In this document: positions 36,133 to 47,056 of the stretch, piece after piece
How positions within the stretch are numbered: the first letter of the stretch is position 1
Layout: every line of letters begins with the position of its first letter
From: Pseudomonadota bacterium
Lineage (GTDB): Bacteria > Desulfobacterota > Desulfobacteria > Desulfobacterales > RPRI01
Assembly: GCA_043825875.1 (NCBI GenBank)
Contig: JBDRRF010000111.1
Coordinates: 21,357 to 85,356, forward strand
DNA length: 64,000 nt
Direction of reading: 5' to 3'
Translations under genes and position numbers: made by a program
Notes under the pieces: generated by a model
The model's input: the letters and a program-made list of their open reading frames with translations, nothing else
What the model was told of the DNA's origin: nothing
Databases searched by the model: none

Positions 36133-39100
36133 TTAATTGGTAGTCACTCTCACCTCTACTGAGTGTTCCTGCCGGTCATCAACAAGGGTAATCGTTTTAC
36201 CCTGTTGCGGGGCCCCATCAACGATCACACTCGGTGTGCTGTCGCCAGGCTGCGTGCGCAAAACTGCAATGTGGTAGACGGTTTCCCGATACCGGTAATG
36301 TAAAGTGAAGCCCTCCCAATCCGCAGGAAAAAGCGGTTTGATACTCAGCTTATCCACTTCCAGTTTCAAACCCAGTAGTGATTCCACGATCAGCCGGTAC
36401 ATCCAGCCTGCCGAACCGGTGTACCACGTCCATCCGCCACGGCCGGTGTGAGGTGAGACAGCATAAACATCAGCCGCAACAACATAGGGTTCGACTTTGT
36501 ATGTCGCAACCGATTCAGGAGAGTTTGCGTGGTTCACCGGATTGATCATTGTCATCAGCTCCCAGGCACGCTGGCTATCACCCAATTTAGCGAAGGCCAT
36601 CGCCAACCAGATTGCCCCATGAGTGTATTGCCCGCCATTCTCACGTACACCGGGGACGTATCCCTTTATATAGCCTGGATTTAAATCGGACTTGTCGAAT
36701 GGCGGGTCCAGGAGTTGGATCAGCGCCTGGTCCCTGTTGATAAGATGTTGATCCGCCGCCGCCATGGCAATGCGCGCACGTTCGGCATCACCGGCACCGG
36801 AGAGAACAGACCAGCTTTGCGCAATTGAATCAATCCGGCATTCGGGGTTGTCCATAGACCCAAGCGGCGAGCCGTCATCGAAGTAAGCGCGTCGGTACCA
36901 ACCACCATCCCAGCCATGCTGCTCGATGTTTCCGCGCAAGAGGGCAGACTCTGCTTCGCAGCGTTCGGCAAAGGATAGATCGCCGCGTATTCGGGCAACC
37001 TCAACAAATTGCATAAGTACTGCATAAAGGAAAAAACCAAGCCATATGCTTTCGCCTTTCCCCTCTATTCCCACCATGTTCATGCCGTCGTTCCAGTCGC
37101 CGGAGCCCATGAGCGGCAATCCGTGCTCGCCATAGTTGAGGCCTCTCAATATGGCTTTTACGCAATGTTCGTACAAACCGGCTGATTCCTGAGACCGGCT
37201 GGGCAAATCATAATAGGAATCCTCATTTGTATTTATCTGTCGGCCCTGAAGAAAGTGGGTGGTCTCATCCAGCACACCATAATCCCCGGTGCTCCGAACG
37301 TAGCGGCACATGGCCAACGGCAGCCAGAGGTAATCATCGGAACATTGCGTGCGCACCCCGCGGCCAACAGGAGGATGCCACCAGTGCTGCACATCTCCCT
37401 CGGAGAATTGACGGCTTGCGGCAAGAAGGAGGTGCTCACGGACGAGGCGGGGCTCGGTGTGAATGAGCGCCATAACATCCTGCAACTGATCGCGAAAACC
37501 GAAGGCGCCACCGGACTGGTAGTAGCCGCTGCGTGCCCATAGTCTGCACACTATAGTCTGGTACAAAAGCCAGCCGTTGGTCAATAAGTTGAGGGACTGG
37601 TCAGGTGTTTCCACGTTCACAGCACCGAGCGTATGTTTCCAGTATTGCCAGATCTTTTCTATTGCCTGGTGCGCAGCAGCAGTTCCCCGGAAGCGACGGA
37701 CCAGGTTACCGGCATCCTCGGCGTTTCGCCCGACACCAAGCCTGAACACTATTTCGCGCTCCTGACCAGCGGCCAGCTCGAAGGAAACCTGGACCGCAGC
37801 ACAGGGATCCATTGCAGCTCCCACCCTGTTGGAAAGTCGCACTCGGGTCATAGCGGCCGGACTGGCTAGCGTACCATTGCGTCCGATAAATTCAGTCCGG
37901 TCACCACTTACCGTCCGGGTAGCTTCGTCCACATCGAAAAAGGCGGTACGGTCGGGAAATTCAGTATTGTAGGGGTTCCGCGCAAAGAGCGCTCCACTGT
38001 TGGGGTCAATTTCGGTAATTACATGCATGGTCGATTTGGGTCGCAGATCTCCCAGAACCCATTCAACAAATCCGGTAGCGGAAAGCCGTCGTGATCTTTC
38101 TGACTCGTTTCTCACCTTTAAGACCGTAAACTTGATCGATGCGTCCATGTCCACGTAAATCCAAACCTCGGAACGGATGCCACGTTCTGTGTGCTCAAAG
38201 ACGGTGTAGCCGAATCCGTGCCGTGTAACATAGGGCATCAGCCCACGGGTTGGCAGCGGCATGGGGGACCAGAAATGGCCGCGCTCTTCATCGCGTAGGT
38301 AGAACGCTTCCCCGCTTGTATCGCTCACGGAATCATTGTACCAGGGAGTGAGGCGGAATTCGTGGGCATTTTCAGCCCAGGTATAGGCAGAGCCGCTCTC
38401 CGAGACGACGGCTCCAAAGTGCGGATTCGCAAGTACATTCACCCATGGTGCCGGCGTAACCTGATCTGGCGTAGTAGTAATGATGTACTCATGGCCGTCA
38501 GGAGTAAATCCTCCAAATCCATTGAAAAACAGCAAATCATGGCGAGGCATAGCAGAAACTGCTTGGGGGGAAGCACCACCGTGAATTCGGGTTGGTGTAA
38601 GGCTTGGTACCATGGATTCCACAAGGTTTCTCCGGTTAATCTGGTCAGCCAGCATACCCCTGCCGTCAGTTATTATTGCACGGGCGACTGTTTGGAGCAG
38701 GATATGTTCCTCGCTCGATATCTGGTCCGCGGGCCTTACGAAAATGCCGCCCGGTTGATCCGTCAAATGGGCTCCAGCGCCTTCGGCGATGAGCCCCATG
38801 ATTTGTTCATGGAGTTGCTGCCTGTAACCGGCGTGATCCTCGTTCCAGATCACCAGGTCCACAGCCAAACCTTTTAAGCGCCAGTATGTATGTGCTTGTA
38901 TAAGTTGACGCACCAGTTCAATATTAGCCGGATCTTGAATCCGCAGGAGTATGATCGGTAAATCACCTGAAATGGCATAGCCCCATAGACCGGATTGCCC
39001 ACGGTTATTCTTGATAATAACACTTGCGTCGGCGCGCAGGGAAGCATTGGCATAGATCACCGAGCCGGCGAGATGTCCATAGAGCTGCGCTTCGCCCTCT

Positions 39101-42100
39101 GTGGCATTGATTTGCCGTAGAAAGATATCGCTGTGTGTCCATGCCAGATCAAAAACCCTATCCGCAAGACGCCGGTCCTGGTATTTCTTGACCAGGCTTA
39201 AGGCTATTTCGCGAGTCTCACCAATGCCTGAGACAATATTGACCGTTACCGTTTCTTCAGCATCGAGCGTGATTTGATAACGGATCGAAACAATCGGATC
39301 AAGCACGGAGCCATCACTGCCCGAGAGGGGTGATGCATTACTCATTGCTTGAGGGTTGGCAACCGTATTTCCGCGTCCGATAAACCGCAAGCGGTCAGTC
39401 TCGTAAGAAATTTCTCCTATCTTAGCGCCATGAACTGCCATCAAGTGAAACATCCATGGAACGTTCTCGCCCTGGGATCTGGGCCGGCGCGTGCAGAGAA
39501 TTGCCCGTTGTCGCATAAGAATTTCGGTTTGAACAAAAAGATTACTAAACGCCGGATGCAATGTATCCGAAGCCGCTGAGGCAAGGACAACCTCCGCATA
39601 ACTCGTAACATCTATGGACCTGCGTTTTCCGGAACGGTTGATGATGGTGATGCGGCGCAGCTCAATGTCATCTTCAGGCGAAACTGCAATTTCCGTATGC
39701 ATATCAATGTCATGATGGCTACAACGAAACTCAGCTTTTGCCTCCGAGAATATCGTTTCATACTTATCTGCTTGTTTGAGCGCCGGTTGATAAGCTGTTG
39801 ACCAGAATTCTCCGCTTCCCATGTCCCGGATGTAACAGAAGGAGCCCCAATTATCACAGGTAGTGTCTTCACGCCAGCGGGTTACGGCCATATCTTTCCA
39901 GCGGCTATACCCGCCGCCGGCGTTAGTGACCATCGTGTGATATCTGCCGTTTGACAACAGGTGTACTTCCGGTTTTGGAGTGTTCGGACTGCCGAACACG
40001 CGTATTGGTGCTTCCGCGTCCAGTGATTCTGTATGGCTTTCGGAGAGCTCGGCAGAGTGAACAAAAAACGCAGTAGCTTTGGGAATTCTCTCCTGAAGCA
40101 ACAGCATGGTTGCCTGGAACATGGGTTCCGACTCAAATCGCTTCTGCATCGGGCGGTCTAAAAGCACATAAGCCAGAGAAAGAAAACTCATGCCCAGATG
40201 ATGTGCCATGAAGGACTTTACCACTGCTCTTGATTGTCCGCGCGGTAAACGTGAAGGAGTATAGTCGATTGCTTCATAGAAGCCATATTCACCGATAAAT
40301 TTCTCAGCTGCAAGTCGCTCAAGATTCAGGCACGCCTCTTTGGGTGCAACCATCAGCGCCAAAGCCGTGGCGTAGGGTGCAATAACCAGATCATCTGCGA
40401 GCCCGCGCTTGATACCTAAGCCGGGTATGCCAAATGCACGATACTGGTAATTAAGTTGAACATCGGTTGCGTTGTACCCGGATTCCGAACTGCCCCATGG
40501 CACCCCTTGTTTTTTCCCATATTCTATCTGCCGGGCCACCGCCGCCTTGTATGTCTGGTCTAGTAGTGTGTGTTCGTAGGTTGGCATCACCAAAAGCGGC
40601 ATAAGGTATTCAAACATCGAGCCACTCCACGAAAGCAGTATTTGCTCTCTACCGACAGTGGTCAGCAAACGCCCAAGGGCAAACCAACTCTCCTGCGGCA
40701 AATGTCCCTGAGCAATCGCTATGAAACTGCAAAATCTTGCTTCGGAAGCCAGCAGATCGTAGTAACTTGTATCCCGCCGACGTTCACCAACATTGTAACC
40801 TATAGCCAGTAGATTGCACGCCTCGTCGTACAGAAAGTCGTATTTCATAAGGGAAAGTTCGTCGATTTTTTGTGCCACCTCTTCGATAGTCCTGATCCTC
40901 GCAACGGCGCTCCGGGTTGCCTCCGCAAGGTAGGGACTGATCAGGTGCGCCTCTGTATCAAGGTTGGCTAATTGGCGCAACGTTGGGATTTCATCAATAT
41001 CCGGCATTTCGCTGAGCCTGTCCGGCGAATCCGGCAATGATGTCCGGGCCGTAAAAAGTATTAGCTCATCGATGGCGGCCCGGCATTGTCCGGCAAGGGC
41101 ATGCACCCACCAATGTGTCTGGTTTTCGGGTTCTGCATTGACAGCATTGACACTGGTGATGATCTCCGCAACGGCCGTTGCCAACTCATCAAGGCACAGG
41201 CGCAGTGCCACAAGCGTGGTTGGGGGGAAATCTATTGACGATTCCAGCAATTTTTTGAGTTCAAGGAGTTGGCCTGAAGCAGTTTTGCCATCCATGTCCC
41301 CGATGATATTTACAGTATCTCTGATTCCTTCAAACACTCGCGGTCCCAGAATCGGATCATGAGGTAGAGCGAGCAGACCCTGCCGCAATGTCAATAGGTG
41401 GCCTGCAAGGTTTCCGCTGTCCACGGTCGAGATATAGGCAGGTTGCAGTGGTTGCAGGGATTGAGTGTCATACCAGTTATAGAAGTGGCCTCGGTAACGT
41501 TCCAATGCTTCCATCGTATTGAGAGCATTTGTCGTGCGTTCGATGAGTTGTCCCGCCGTGATATAGCCGAAGTCGTAGGCAGACAAATTTGAAAGAAGCG
41601 ATAGGCCCATGTTGGTCGGCGACGTGCGATGCGCAATTACTGTAACCGGGTGTTCCTGATAATTGTCAGGGGGCAGCCAATGATCTTCAGGGCCGACGAA
41701 GGTTTCGAAAAAGGCCCATGTCCTGCGGGAAAGTTTCCGGAGAAAAGTGGTCTGGTCAGCCGTCAGTCTTGCTTCCCTATGAGCAACCTGTCGGCTGATC
41801 CACCAGGCAACAACAGGGGAGATAAACCAGAGTCCCAGTATAGGACCGGCTACTGCCAATGTCATCGGCATAGAAATTGTCAGATAGATAGCTGTTGCAC
41901 CAGCAAGAATCGGTGCAATCCACATTAATAGGCAAAAAGAACCAAGCTTCGCACTAATACTGCTATAACGTTCGTCCGACGTGCTCCATTCAAGAAGCCG
42001 CTTGTGGGTGATCAGCATCCTCCAGCACGTACGCAAAATCGCATCAAGACTGAAAAACGCCTCATAGGGAAGGCAGATGAGCGTAAATACAGCCTGAGCA

Positions 42101-44805
42101 ATGTGCCGGCCCATGAAGTGAATGCAGGCAGTAAGGTGCTGGCCCAGAAGCACATCGCCTGGTTTCTGAATTACTTGCAGGAGAGAGGCAATCAAAGAAG
42201 GGATCAGGATAATTCCGAGTACCGATAGGGTCCATAACAAGGACGCCGGCAAGACCGTCCAGCCCAGCAGCAAAAGGATTGTCAATGCCGCAGGCACGAG
42301 ACTGCGCCGCAGGTTATCGAATATCTTCCATTGGGACAGCCATGAGAGCTGATTCTTTTGACGATGCTCATCAGGACTTGGAACATCCGACAGTAACCAT
42401 TGCAGTAGCTGCCAATCACCGCGTATCCAGCGATGCCGGCGATTCACATCCGCATTATAGTGGGACGGATATTCCTCATAGACCATCACATCACTCAACA
42501 GGCCCGACCGCGCGTAACATCCTTCTAAAAGGTCATGGCTGAGAATCCGGTTTTCGGGAAAACGTCCTTTAAGCGTTTGCTCGAAGGCATCAACCTCGTA
42601 TATCCCCTTACCGATGAATGAGCCTTCGCCAAACAGGTCCTGGTAAACATCGGAAACTGTACGCGTATAGGGGTCGATGCCTGGCTCGTTTCCGCACATT
42701 GCCGCATACCGCGAACGATTCATTCCTGGCAGGCTCTCAGCTACACGTGGCTGGAGAATGCCGTATCCTTCGCCAATACGCTGCTTGTCTTTGTTATATT
42801 GCGAACGATTCAGCGGGTGCGCCATGGCACCTATAAACTGCCAAGCCGCATCGCGTGGCAGCTGAGTATCCATATCCAGGGTGATCACATACTTCACGCT
42901 CGACAAGAGTGAAGTGTTACCAATTACAAGGGAAAAGCGATCCATCGCATTTTCCTCGCCGCGCAACAGAGCATTTAATTCTGATAGTTTCCCTCTTTTG
43001 CGCTCATAACCCATCCATATCCGCTCATTAGAATTCCATCGACGGGGGCGATGAAAAAGGAAGAAGGCGTTCTCTTGAGGTTGGCTGTATTTGTTATTCA
43101 AAGCTTCTATCTTCTGGCTGGCAAGCCGCAAAAGTGGTTCGTCCTCAGGAAGCATTTCCTCCTGTGCATCTCTAAAATCAGTCAACAGGCCAAAGTGCAG
43201 GTTAGCGTCCCGATTTGCCAGGAATCGAACTTCCAGAGACTCTGTCAGGTCTGCGATACTTTGCGCGTTTATGAGCATTGTCGGAACTACGGTCAGGGTA
43301 CGAAATTCCGGTGGGATCCCTTTCGAGAAGTCCAGGCGCGGTAGCCTATGAGGTGTCGCCAGCAGAGTTGCCAGCCAATTCGTCAGAGCAACGGCAAGTT
43401 GACTTACGCTTAGAACCAAAAGGAGTCCGATCAGAACCATTGCCCATCCAGGCAATATACCGACATCTCCCTTCATAAGTAAACCTCCTGCAAAGATTGT
43501 TGACAGCAGCGTGATTGTACCCAGAAATAGGGGGAAAGAAAACCGGCGGCCCCATCTCTGCAGATGCTCAGACAAGGAAAGGCGTACCTCCATCGCCTGT
43601 TCGAGTTGGAGCAATCCCTTGTCGATCAGGTAGAATCCGACATGTGATGCGCGATCATTGCCTTTGTTTCCGTCCGCACCCTTTTGTGCCAGCCCGATAG
43701 CTTTATCCGCCACCTCACTCTCAGAAAAGCGGCTGTGTTTTGCTATCTTTTCAATTACATGGCGATAACGGTCACGGGTAGAAAAATCCATTTTATTGTA
43801 TACGCCGGTGGGATCATTGCGCAGAGTCTGGTCAACAATGCTTATCGACTCGACGAATTCTTTCCAGTCCATTGCGCCCAGAAAACGAAGACTGCCGATG
43901 CTGTTACTCATGGAAACCTGATCCGCAGCCTGTTGCTGGTTTTCCGCCTGTACAAGTTGCCGGATTGTCTGGCCGCACTCGGACAACCGCTGCTCAAACC
44001 AGGTAAGCGGCAATGACAGAGCCGGACCCTGCCCCTGTAACCGGCGTGTCATTTCCGCGATAAACGAGCCTACTAATGGCGGGTTCGATCGGGCCATATC
44101 TGCAATTACCAGAATCAGTCTTTTAGGGTCCTTCGTAGCGCTTTCTGTCATCTGGTCTGCCCAATAATCGGCCAGATTGCGATCGATTCTATCAGTAGCG
44201 ATCCGGGCAGTAACGCGCCGGAGATTTTCGATCAGCGCCAGACGAAGCATAATGGGTATTGCCCATAATTCGCCTAACTTCAGTGTAGTGACAGTTTGGT
44301 AAGCTTTGGCAAATCTGCTGAGAATCTCAGGGTCTACCCGCCCATCGCCATGGGAGATCATTTCCAGCGCAATGTCATAGACGCGCGGCAGATCAGCCGA
44401 AGGGCCATTCATCAGGCGGGGAAGTTCCCGGCTATATCCTTTAGGTAAATGCCTCCTGGCAGTGCGAATCTGCTCTTCAATCAGGTAGAAGTTATCGAGC
44501 AGCCATTCCCCGGCCGGTGTAATCCGACGGTTTGCCTTTACCGCCTCTGTAAGCAAATTATGTACGTCTATCAGGATACTCTCATTCTCGGCCAGTCGTC
44601 CCAGAAGTTGATCCCGAGGGTGTCCGGAACTTAAAATATGTGAATTTGCGAGTGTCTTGCCATGTTGCTCCATTTGATCGGCGCTGAACAACTCCTCTCG
44701 AAGCGGCGGCTCAACACAGGCAAGCTTTTGTGACAAACCGTTGCCGCGAAGGTTTGCCCAAATATTGGATAGGTCATCGAAAATGGCCTTGGTGTTGAAC
44801 TTCAT
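36133..44805 (-). CDS. ndvB: Cyclic beta-1,2-glucan synthase (Cgs/NdvB/ChvB) with C-terminal GH94 phosphorylase region
   Basis: 2890 aa; WLLDNFY, YERKRGK, SHDLLEG, RHRWIRGDWQ, PPDNYQ, YDLLASEAR, QSGGAFGFRDQLQD, GDWNDGMN, RENGGQYTH. Confidence 0.93.
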   Translation of the reverse strand: MKFNTKAIFDDLSNIWANLRGNGLSQKLACVEPPLREELFSADQMEQHGKTLANSHILSSGHPRDQLLGRLAENESILIDVHNLLTEAVKANRRITPAGEWLLDNFYLIEEQIRTARRHLPKGYSRELPRLMNGPSADLPRVYDIALEMISHGDGRVDPEILSRFAKAYQTVTTLKLGELWAIPIMLRLALIENLRRVTARIATDRIDRNLADYWADQMTESATKDPKRLILVIADMARSNPPLVGSFIAEMTRRLQGQGPALSLPLTWFEQRLSECGQTIRQLVQAENQQQAADQVSMSNSIGSLRFLGAMDWKEFVESISIVDQTLRNDPTGVYNKMDFSTRDRYRHVIEKIAKHSRFSESEVADKAIGLAQKGADGNKGNDRASHVGFYLIDKGLLQLEQAMEVRLSLSEHLQRWGRRFSFPLFLGTITLLSTIFAGGLLMKGDVGILPGWAMVLIGLLLVLSVSQLAVALTNWLATLLATPHRLPRLDFSKGIPPEFRTLTVVPTMLINAQSIADLTESLEVRFLANRDANLHFGLLTDFRDAQEEMLPEDEPLLRLASQKIEALNNKYSQPQENAFFLFHRPRRWNSNERIWMGYERKRGKLSELNALLRGEENAMDRFSLVIGNTSLLSSVKYVITLDMDTQLPRDAAWQFIGAMAHPLNRSQYNKDKQRIGEGYGILQPRVAESLPGMNRSRYAAMCGNEPGIDPYTRTVSDVYQDLFGEGSFIGKGIYEVDAFEQTLKGRFPENRILSHDLLEGCYARSGLLSDVMVYEEYPSHYNADVNRRHRWIRGDWQLLQWLLSDVPSPDEHRQKNQLSWLSQWKIFDNLRRSLVPAALTILLLLGWTVLPASLLWTLSVLGIILIPSLIASLLQVIQKPGDVLLGQHLTACIHFMGRHIAQAVFTLICLPYEAFFSLDAILRTCWRMLITHKRLLEWSTSDERYSSISAKLGSFCLLMWIAPILAGATAIYLTISMPMTLAVAGPILGLWFISPVVAWWISRQVAHREARLTADQTTFLRKLSRRTWAFFETFVGPEDHWLPPDNYQEHPVTVIAHRTSPTNMGLSLLSNLSAYDFGYITAGQLIERTTNALNTMEALERYRGHFYNWYDTQSLQPLQPAYISTVDSGNLAGHLLTLRQGLLALPHDPILGPRVFEGIRDTVNIIGDMDGKTASGQLLELKKLLESSIDFPPTTLVALRLCLDELATAVAEIITSVNAVNAEPENQTHWWVHALAGQCRAAIDELILFTARTSLPDSPDRLSEMPDIDEIPTLRQLANLDTEAHLISPYLAEATRSAVARIRTIEEVAQKIDELSLMKYDFLYDEACNLLAIGYNVGERRRDTSYYDLLASEARFCSFIAIAQGHLPQESWFALGRLLTTVGREQILLSWSGSMFEYLMPLLVMPTYEHTLLDQTYKAAVARQIEYGKKQGVPWGSSESGYNATDVQLNYQYRAFGIPGLGIKRGLADDLVIAPYATALALMVAPKEACLNLERLAAEKFIGEYGFYEAIDYTPSRLPRGQSRAVVKSFMAHHLGMSFLSLAYVLLDRPMQKRFESEPMFQATMLLLQERIPKATAFFVHSAELSESHTESLDAEAPIRVFGSPNTPKPEVHLLSNGRYHTMVTNAGGGYSRWKDMAVTRWREDTTCDNWGSFCYIRDMGSGEFWSTAYQPALKQADKYETIFSEAKAEFRCSHHDIDMHTEIAVSPEDDIELRRITIINRSGKRRSIDVTSYAEVVLASAASDTLHPAFSNLFVQTEILMRQRAILCTRRPRSQGENVPWMFHLMAVHGAKIGEISYETDRLRFIGRGNTVANPQAMSNASPLSGSDGSVLDPIVSIRYQITLDAEETVTVNIVSGIGETREIALSLVKKYQDRRLADRVFDLAWTHSDIFLRQINATEGEAQLYGHLAGSVIYANASLRADASVIIKNNRGQSGLWGYAISGDLPIILLRIQDPANIELVRQLIQAHTYWRLKGLAVDLVIWNEDHAGYRQQLHEQIMGLIAEGAGAHLTDQPGGIFVRPADQISSEEHILLQTVARAIITDGRGMLADQINRRNLVESMVPSLTPTRIHGGASPQAVSAMPRHDLLFFNGFGGFTPDGHEYIITTTPDQVTPAPWVNVLANPHFGAVVSESGSAYTWAENAHEFRLTPWYNDSVSDTSGEAFYLRDEERGHFWSPMPLPTRGLMPYVTRHGFGYTVFEHTERGIRSEVWIYVDMDASIKFTVLKVRNESERSRRLSATGFVEWVLGDLRPKSTMHVITEIDPNSGALFARNPYNTEFPDRTAFFDVDEATRTVSGDRTEFIGRNGTLASPAAMTRVRLSNRVGAAMDPCAAVQVSFELAAGQEREIVFRLGVGRNAEDAGNLVRRFRGTAAAHQAIEKIWQYWKHTLGAVNVETPDQSLNLLTNGWLLYQTIVCRLWARSGYYQSGGAFGFRDQLQDVMALIHTEPRLVREHLLLAASRQFSEGDVQHWWHPPVGRGVRTQCSDDYLWLPLAMCRYVRSTGDYGVLDETTHFLQGRQINTNEDSYYDLPSRSQESAGLYEHCVKAILRGLNYGEHGLPLMGSGDWNDGMNMVGIEGKGESIWLGFFLYAVLMQFVEVARIRGDLSFAERCEAESALLRGNIEQHGWDGGWYRRAYFDDGSPLGSMDNPECRIDSIAQSWSVLSGAGDAERARIAMAAADQHLINRDQALIQLLDPPFDKSDLNPGYIKGYVPGVRENGGQYTHGAIWLAMAFAKLGDSQRAWELMTMINPVNHANSPESVATYKVEPYVVAADVYAVSPHTGRGGWTWYTGSAGWMYRLIVESLLGLKLEVDKLSIKPLFPADWEGFTLHYRYRETVYHIAVLRTQPGDSTPSVIVDGAPQQGKTITLVDDRQEHSVEVRVTTN

Positions 44806-45091
44806 CTTTCAAACCTCTCTATTATTGAAAAGAATATTTGCAAAGCAGTTACAGTGGCGGCAGTGGCTTTTTCAATTTCTTGAAGAAAATTTCGTCTGAA
44901 TAATCGATCAAATTGGAATCATTTTCCCATTTCTATACGATATCGGAATGGAATGTGTTAAAATAAAATCCTGCTCCTTCACAGGTATTTATTATACATG
45001 AAAGCTATCCACGGGTGCAAAACAAAAAGGGAAGATATCTGAATTAGATATATTCCCAAATTTCTGCGGATATATATTTATCAATAAAACT

Positions 45092-45976
45092 TTAGGGATT
45101 CCGTTGATATTTTGACCAGTAATCATAGTTTTGTATTGGAGTTTTTATTGCTATGTCCATAATCTCTCTTATCCTTGATACAGGTTCTATTAATGCAAAA
45201 TCCGAACTGTTGGAAGCTATCAAAACTCCTAGCAGGTTTATATTCCCGGTAGCACTCATTACAGGACTTCCGCTGTTTCCGGGAAATGCTTTTATGTCTA
45301 ACAAGCTGCATCTTCCATTAGCAAATTTTTTGTTGTCGATTTTTATAAATTCTTCACCTGTAACCATTGCTATAATACCGAACCTACCCATAGGTCTTTG
45401 TTCTCTTAATTTAAAGCCGGTATCTCCCGGGAAACCAAATGCCACAACTTGCTCCGGCGGCAAAGCATCTTTACCCGGCAGTTGATTATCTTTTGCATTA
45501 TTCGGATCATATATAAAAGCTCCGAAGCTGTTTGAAAAATCGCCTTCTATTACCGGAATGGGCAATTTAATTATTGCAACATCAACTGCGTCGATTTTAT
45601 CATTGCCATTATCCGGATGAAAAATCCAATTTTTCCTGGGTAATCTCAGCAAGAGAATTGCGCTTTTATTAGTAACTTCGTTAAATATGTTTACACGTGC
45701 ACGTAAATCATGATCGGTATCAACCACATGTCTGGCTGTAACCAGAAATAAACTATTGCCGCTTAATATAAAGAAGCCAGTTCCTTGCGGGTTACTAGCG
45801 GTAACAGACTTAACATTACCCTCTTTTAATGTTTCTGTAAGATATTCGAGTCTTATTACTGTTCTTCCAATCTTAGCGTAAAATGATTCCTGATTATCCC
45901 CGGCAATTGCATTACCGGTTAATCCAATTAACAGTAAATATATTACAATAGCTATTCTTGCCATTTTTTCCCTCAT
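45092..45976 (-). CDS. Secreted trypsin-like (S1) serine protease
   Basis: Signal peptide; GTGF, VTARHV, VDVA, PGNSGSP catalytic triad. Confidence 0.85.
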   Translation of the reverse strand: MREKMARIAIVIYLLLIGLTGNAIAGDNQESFYAKIGRTVIRLEYLTETLKEGNVKSVTASNPQGTGFFILSGNSLFLVTARHVVDTDHDLRARVNIFNEVTNKSAILLLRLPRKNWIFHPDNGNDKIDAVDVAIIKLPIPVIEGDFSNSFGAFIYDPNNAKDNQLPGKDALPPEQVVAFGFPGDTGFKLREQRPMGRFGIIAMVTGEEFIKIDNKKFANGRCSLLDIKAFPGNSGSPVMSATGNINLLGVLIASNSSDFALIEPVSRIREIMDIAIKTPIQNYDYWSKYQRNP

Positions 45977-46015
45977 GTTATAATTATTAACCGCATTAAG
46001 TTTGGGCTCCTTTAT

Positions 46016-46165
46016 CTAAAGGGGCCTCCGCCCCTGAATGACTCTGACCAGTACAACGATAATGGCGATGACCAGCAGGATATGAATAAAACTACCCATA
46101 GTATAGCCACTCACCAGCCCCAACAGCCATAAAATTATCAGTACTACAGCAACAGTCCACAACAT
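46016..46165 (-). CDS. 49-aa lmo0937-family small membrane protein (not in ORF track)
   Basis: Translated by hand: MLWTVAVVLIILWLLGLVSGYTMGSFIHILLVIAIIVVLVRVIQGRRPL; AGGAGG RBS. Confidence 0.85.
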   Translation of the reverse strand: MLWTVAVVLIILWLLGLVSGYTMGSFIHILLVIAIIVVLVRVIQGRRPL

Positions 46166-46262
46166 ATAAGCCTCCTTTTTGATGGTTATTTTCCACCATC
46201 TGTGATTGCATCACTATGCCAGCCGGTAGTAATCATAAAGTCTCTTTGGCCTTGGGCCCGGA

Positions 46263-47039
46263 CTACTTGATGGTCATCCGGTTATTTACGCTTTCCACAC
46301 CGTTTACGTCTCTGGCGAGTTTGGTGGCGAAGTCAAATTCGGCTGCGTTGCCGGCTTTACCGTATAAAGTTACGTTGCCATTGTTCGTCTCTACCTTGGT
46401 GTTAATGGCGCTGGTGGAGCGATGATATAGCAGCATAATCTTGACCTGGGCGGTGATGGAAGCGTCATCAATCTTTTCGCCCACCGTTTGCGCCTTTTTC
46501 GGGGTCTTTGTTACGGCCATCTCATTTTTGACGTCTTTGACCCCTTCAATATCTTTGGCGTATTCGGTCGTCAAATCCTTTAGCGCCTGACTATCAGTAT
46601 CGCCTCGCAGGGTCACGATGCCGTCTTTGACGTCAACCTCGGTTGTGCCTGTGCTCATCACACTATGATGAAACAAGAGTGTGGCTTTTACTTTATCACG
46701 GAGCCATGCATCTGAGTTTGCGGTGGGGAACGTGCCTTTGACTTCCAGCCTGTTGTCCACACTCTTGACACCTGGGAGGCCTGATAGGGTCTCCTGGGCC
46801 AAAGGTTTGTGGTATTCTGCGGAGACGATCCCCGTCAAGACGACGACGCCGTCAATAGACTCGATTTTGATATCATCATCCTTGAGATAGGTTTTGAATA
46901 CATACGACTTTTTGGCTGATGATGCGATGCGGTCATCCATCTCGGAAGCATACGCAGGTATGTTGGTTACTAACAGAGCGACCACAGCCATCTTCATTAC
47001 TGCGTAATATAGTATTTTCATTTTCAATGTGTTCTCCAC
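46263..47039 (-). CDS. Triple BON-domain (OsmY-like) periplasmic protein
   Basis: Three repeats ending GVKSVDNRL, GVKDVKNEM, GVESVNNRM; true start probably a few codons downstream. Confidence 0.88.
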   Translation of the reverse strand: MENTLKMKILYYAVMKMAVVALLVTNIPAYASEMDDRIASSAKKSYVFKTYLKDDDIKIESIDGVVVLTGIVSAEYHKPLAQETLSGLPGVKSVDNRLEVKGTFPTANSDAWLRDKVKATLLFHHSVMSTGTTEVDVKDGIVTLRGDTDSQALKDLTTEYAKDIEGVKDVKNEMAVTKTPKKAQTVGEKIDDASITAQVKIMLLYHRSTSAINTKVETNNGNVTLYGKAGNAAEFDFATKLARDVNGVESVNNRMTIK

Positions 47040-47056
47040 CTTTATAGTAGAATAAA

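Noticed and set aside
44802..44990. Short frame (...LIDYSDENFLQEIEKATAATVTALQIFFSIIERFER) ending over the cgs start
   Set aside because: Interrupted by stops upstream, with no clear RBS or family motif.
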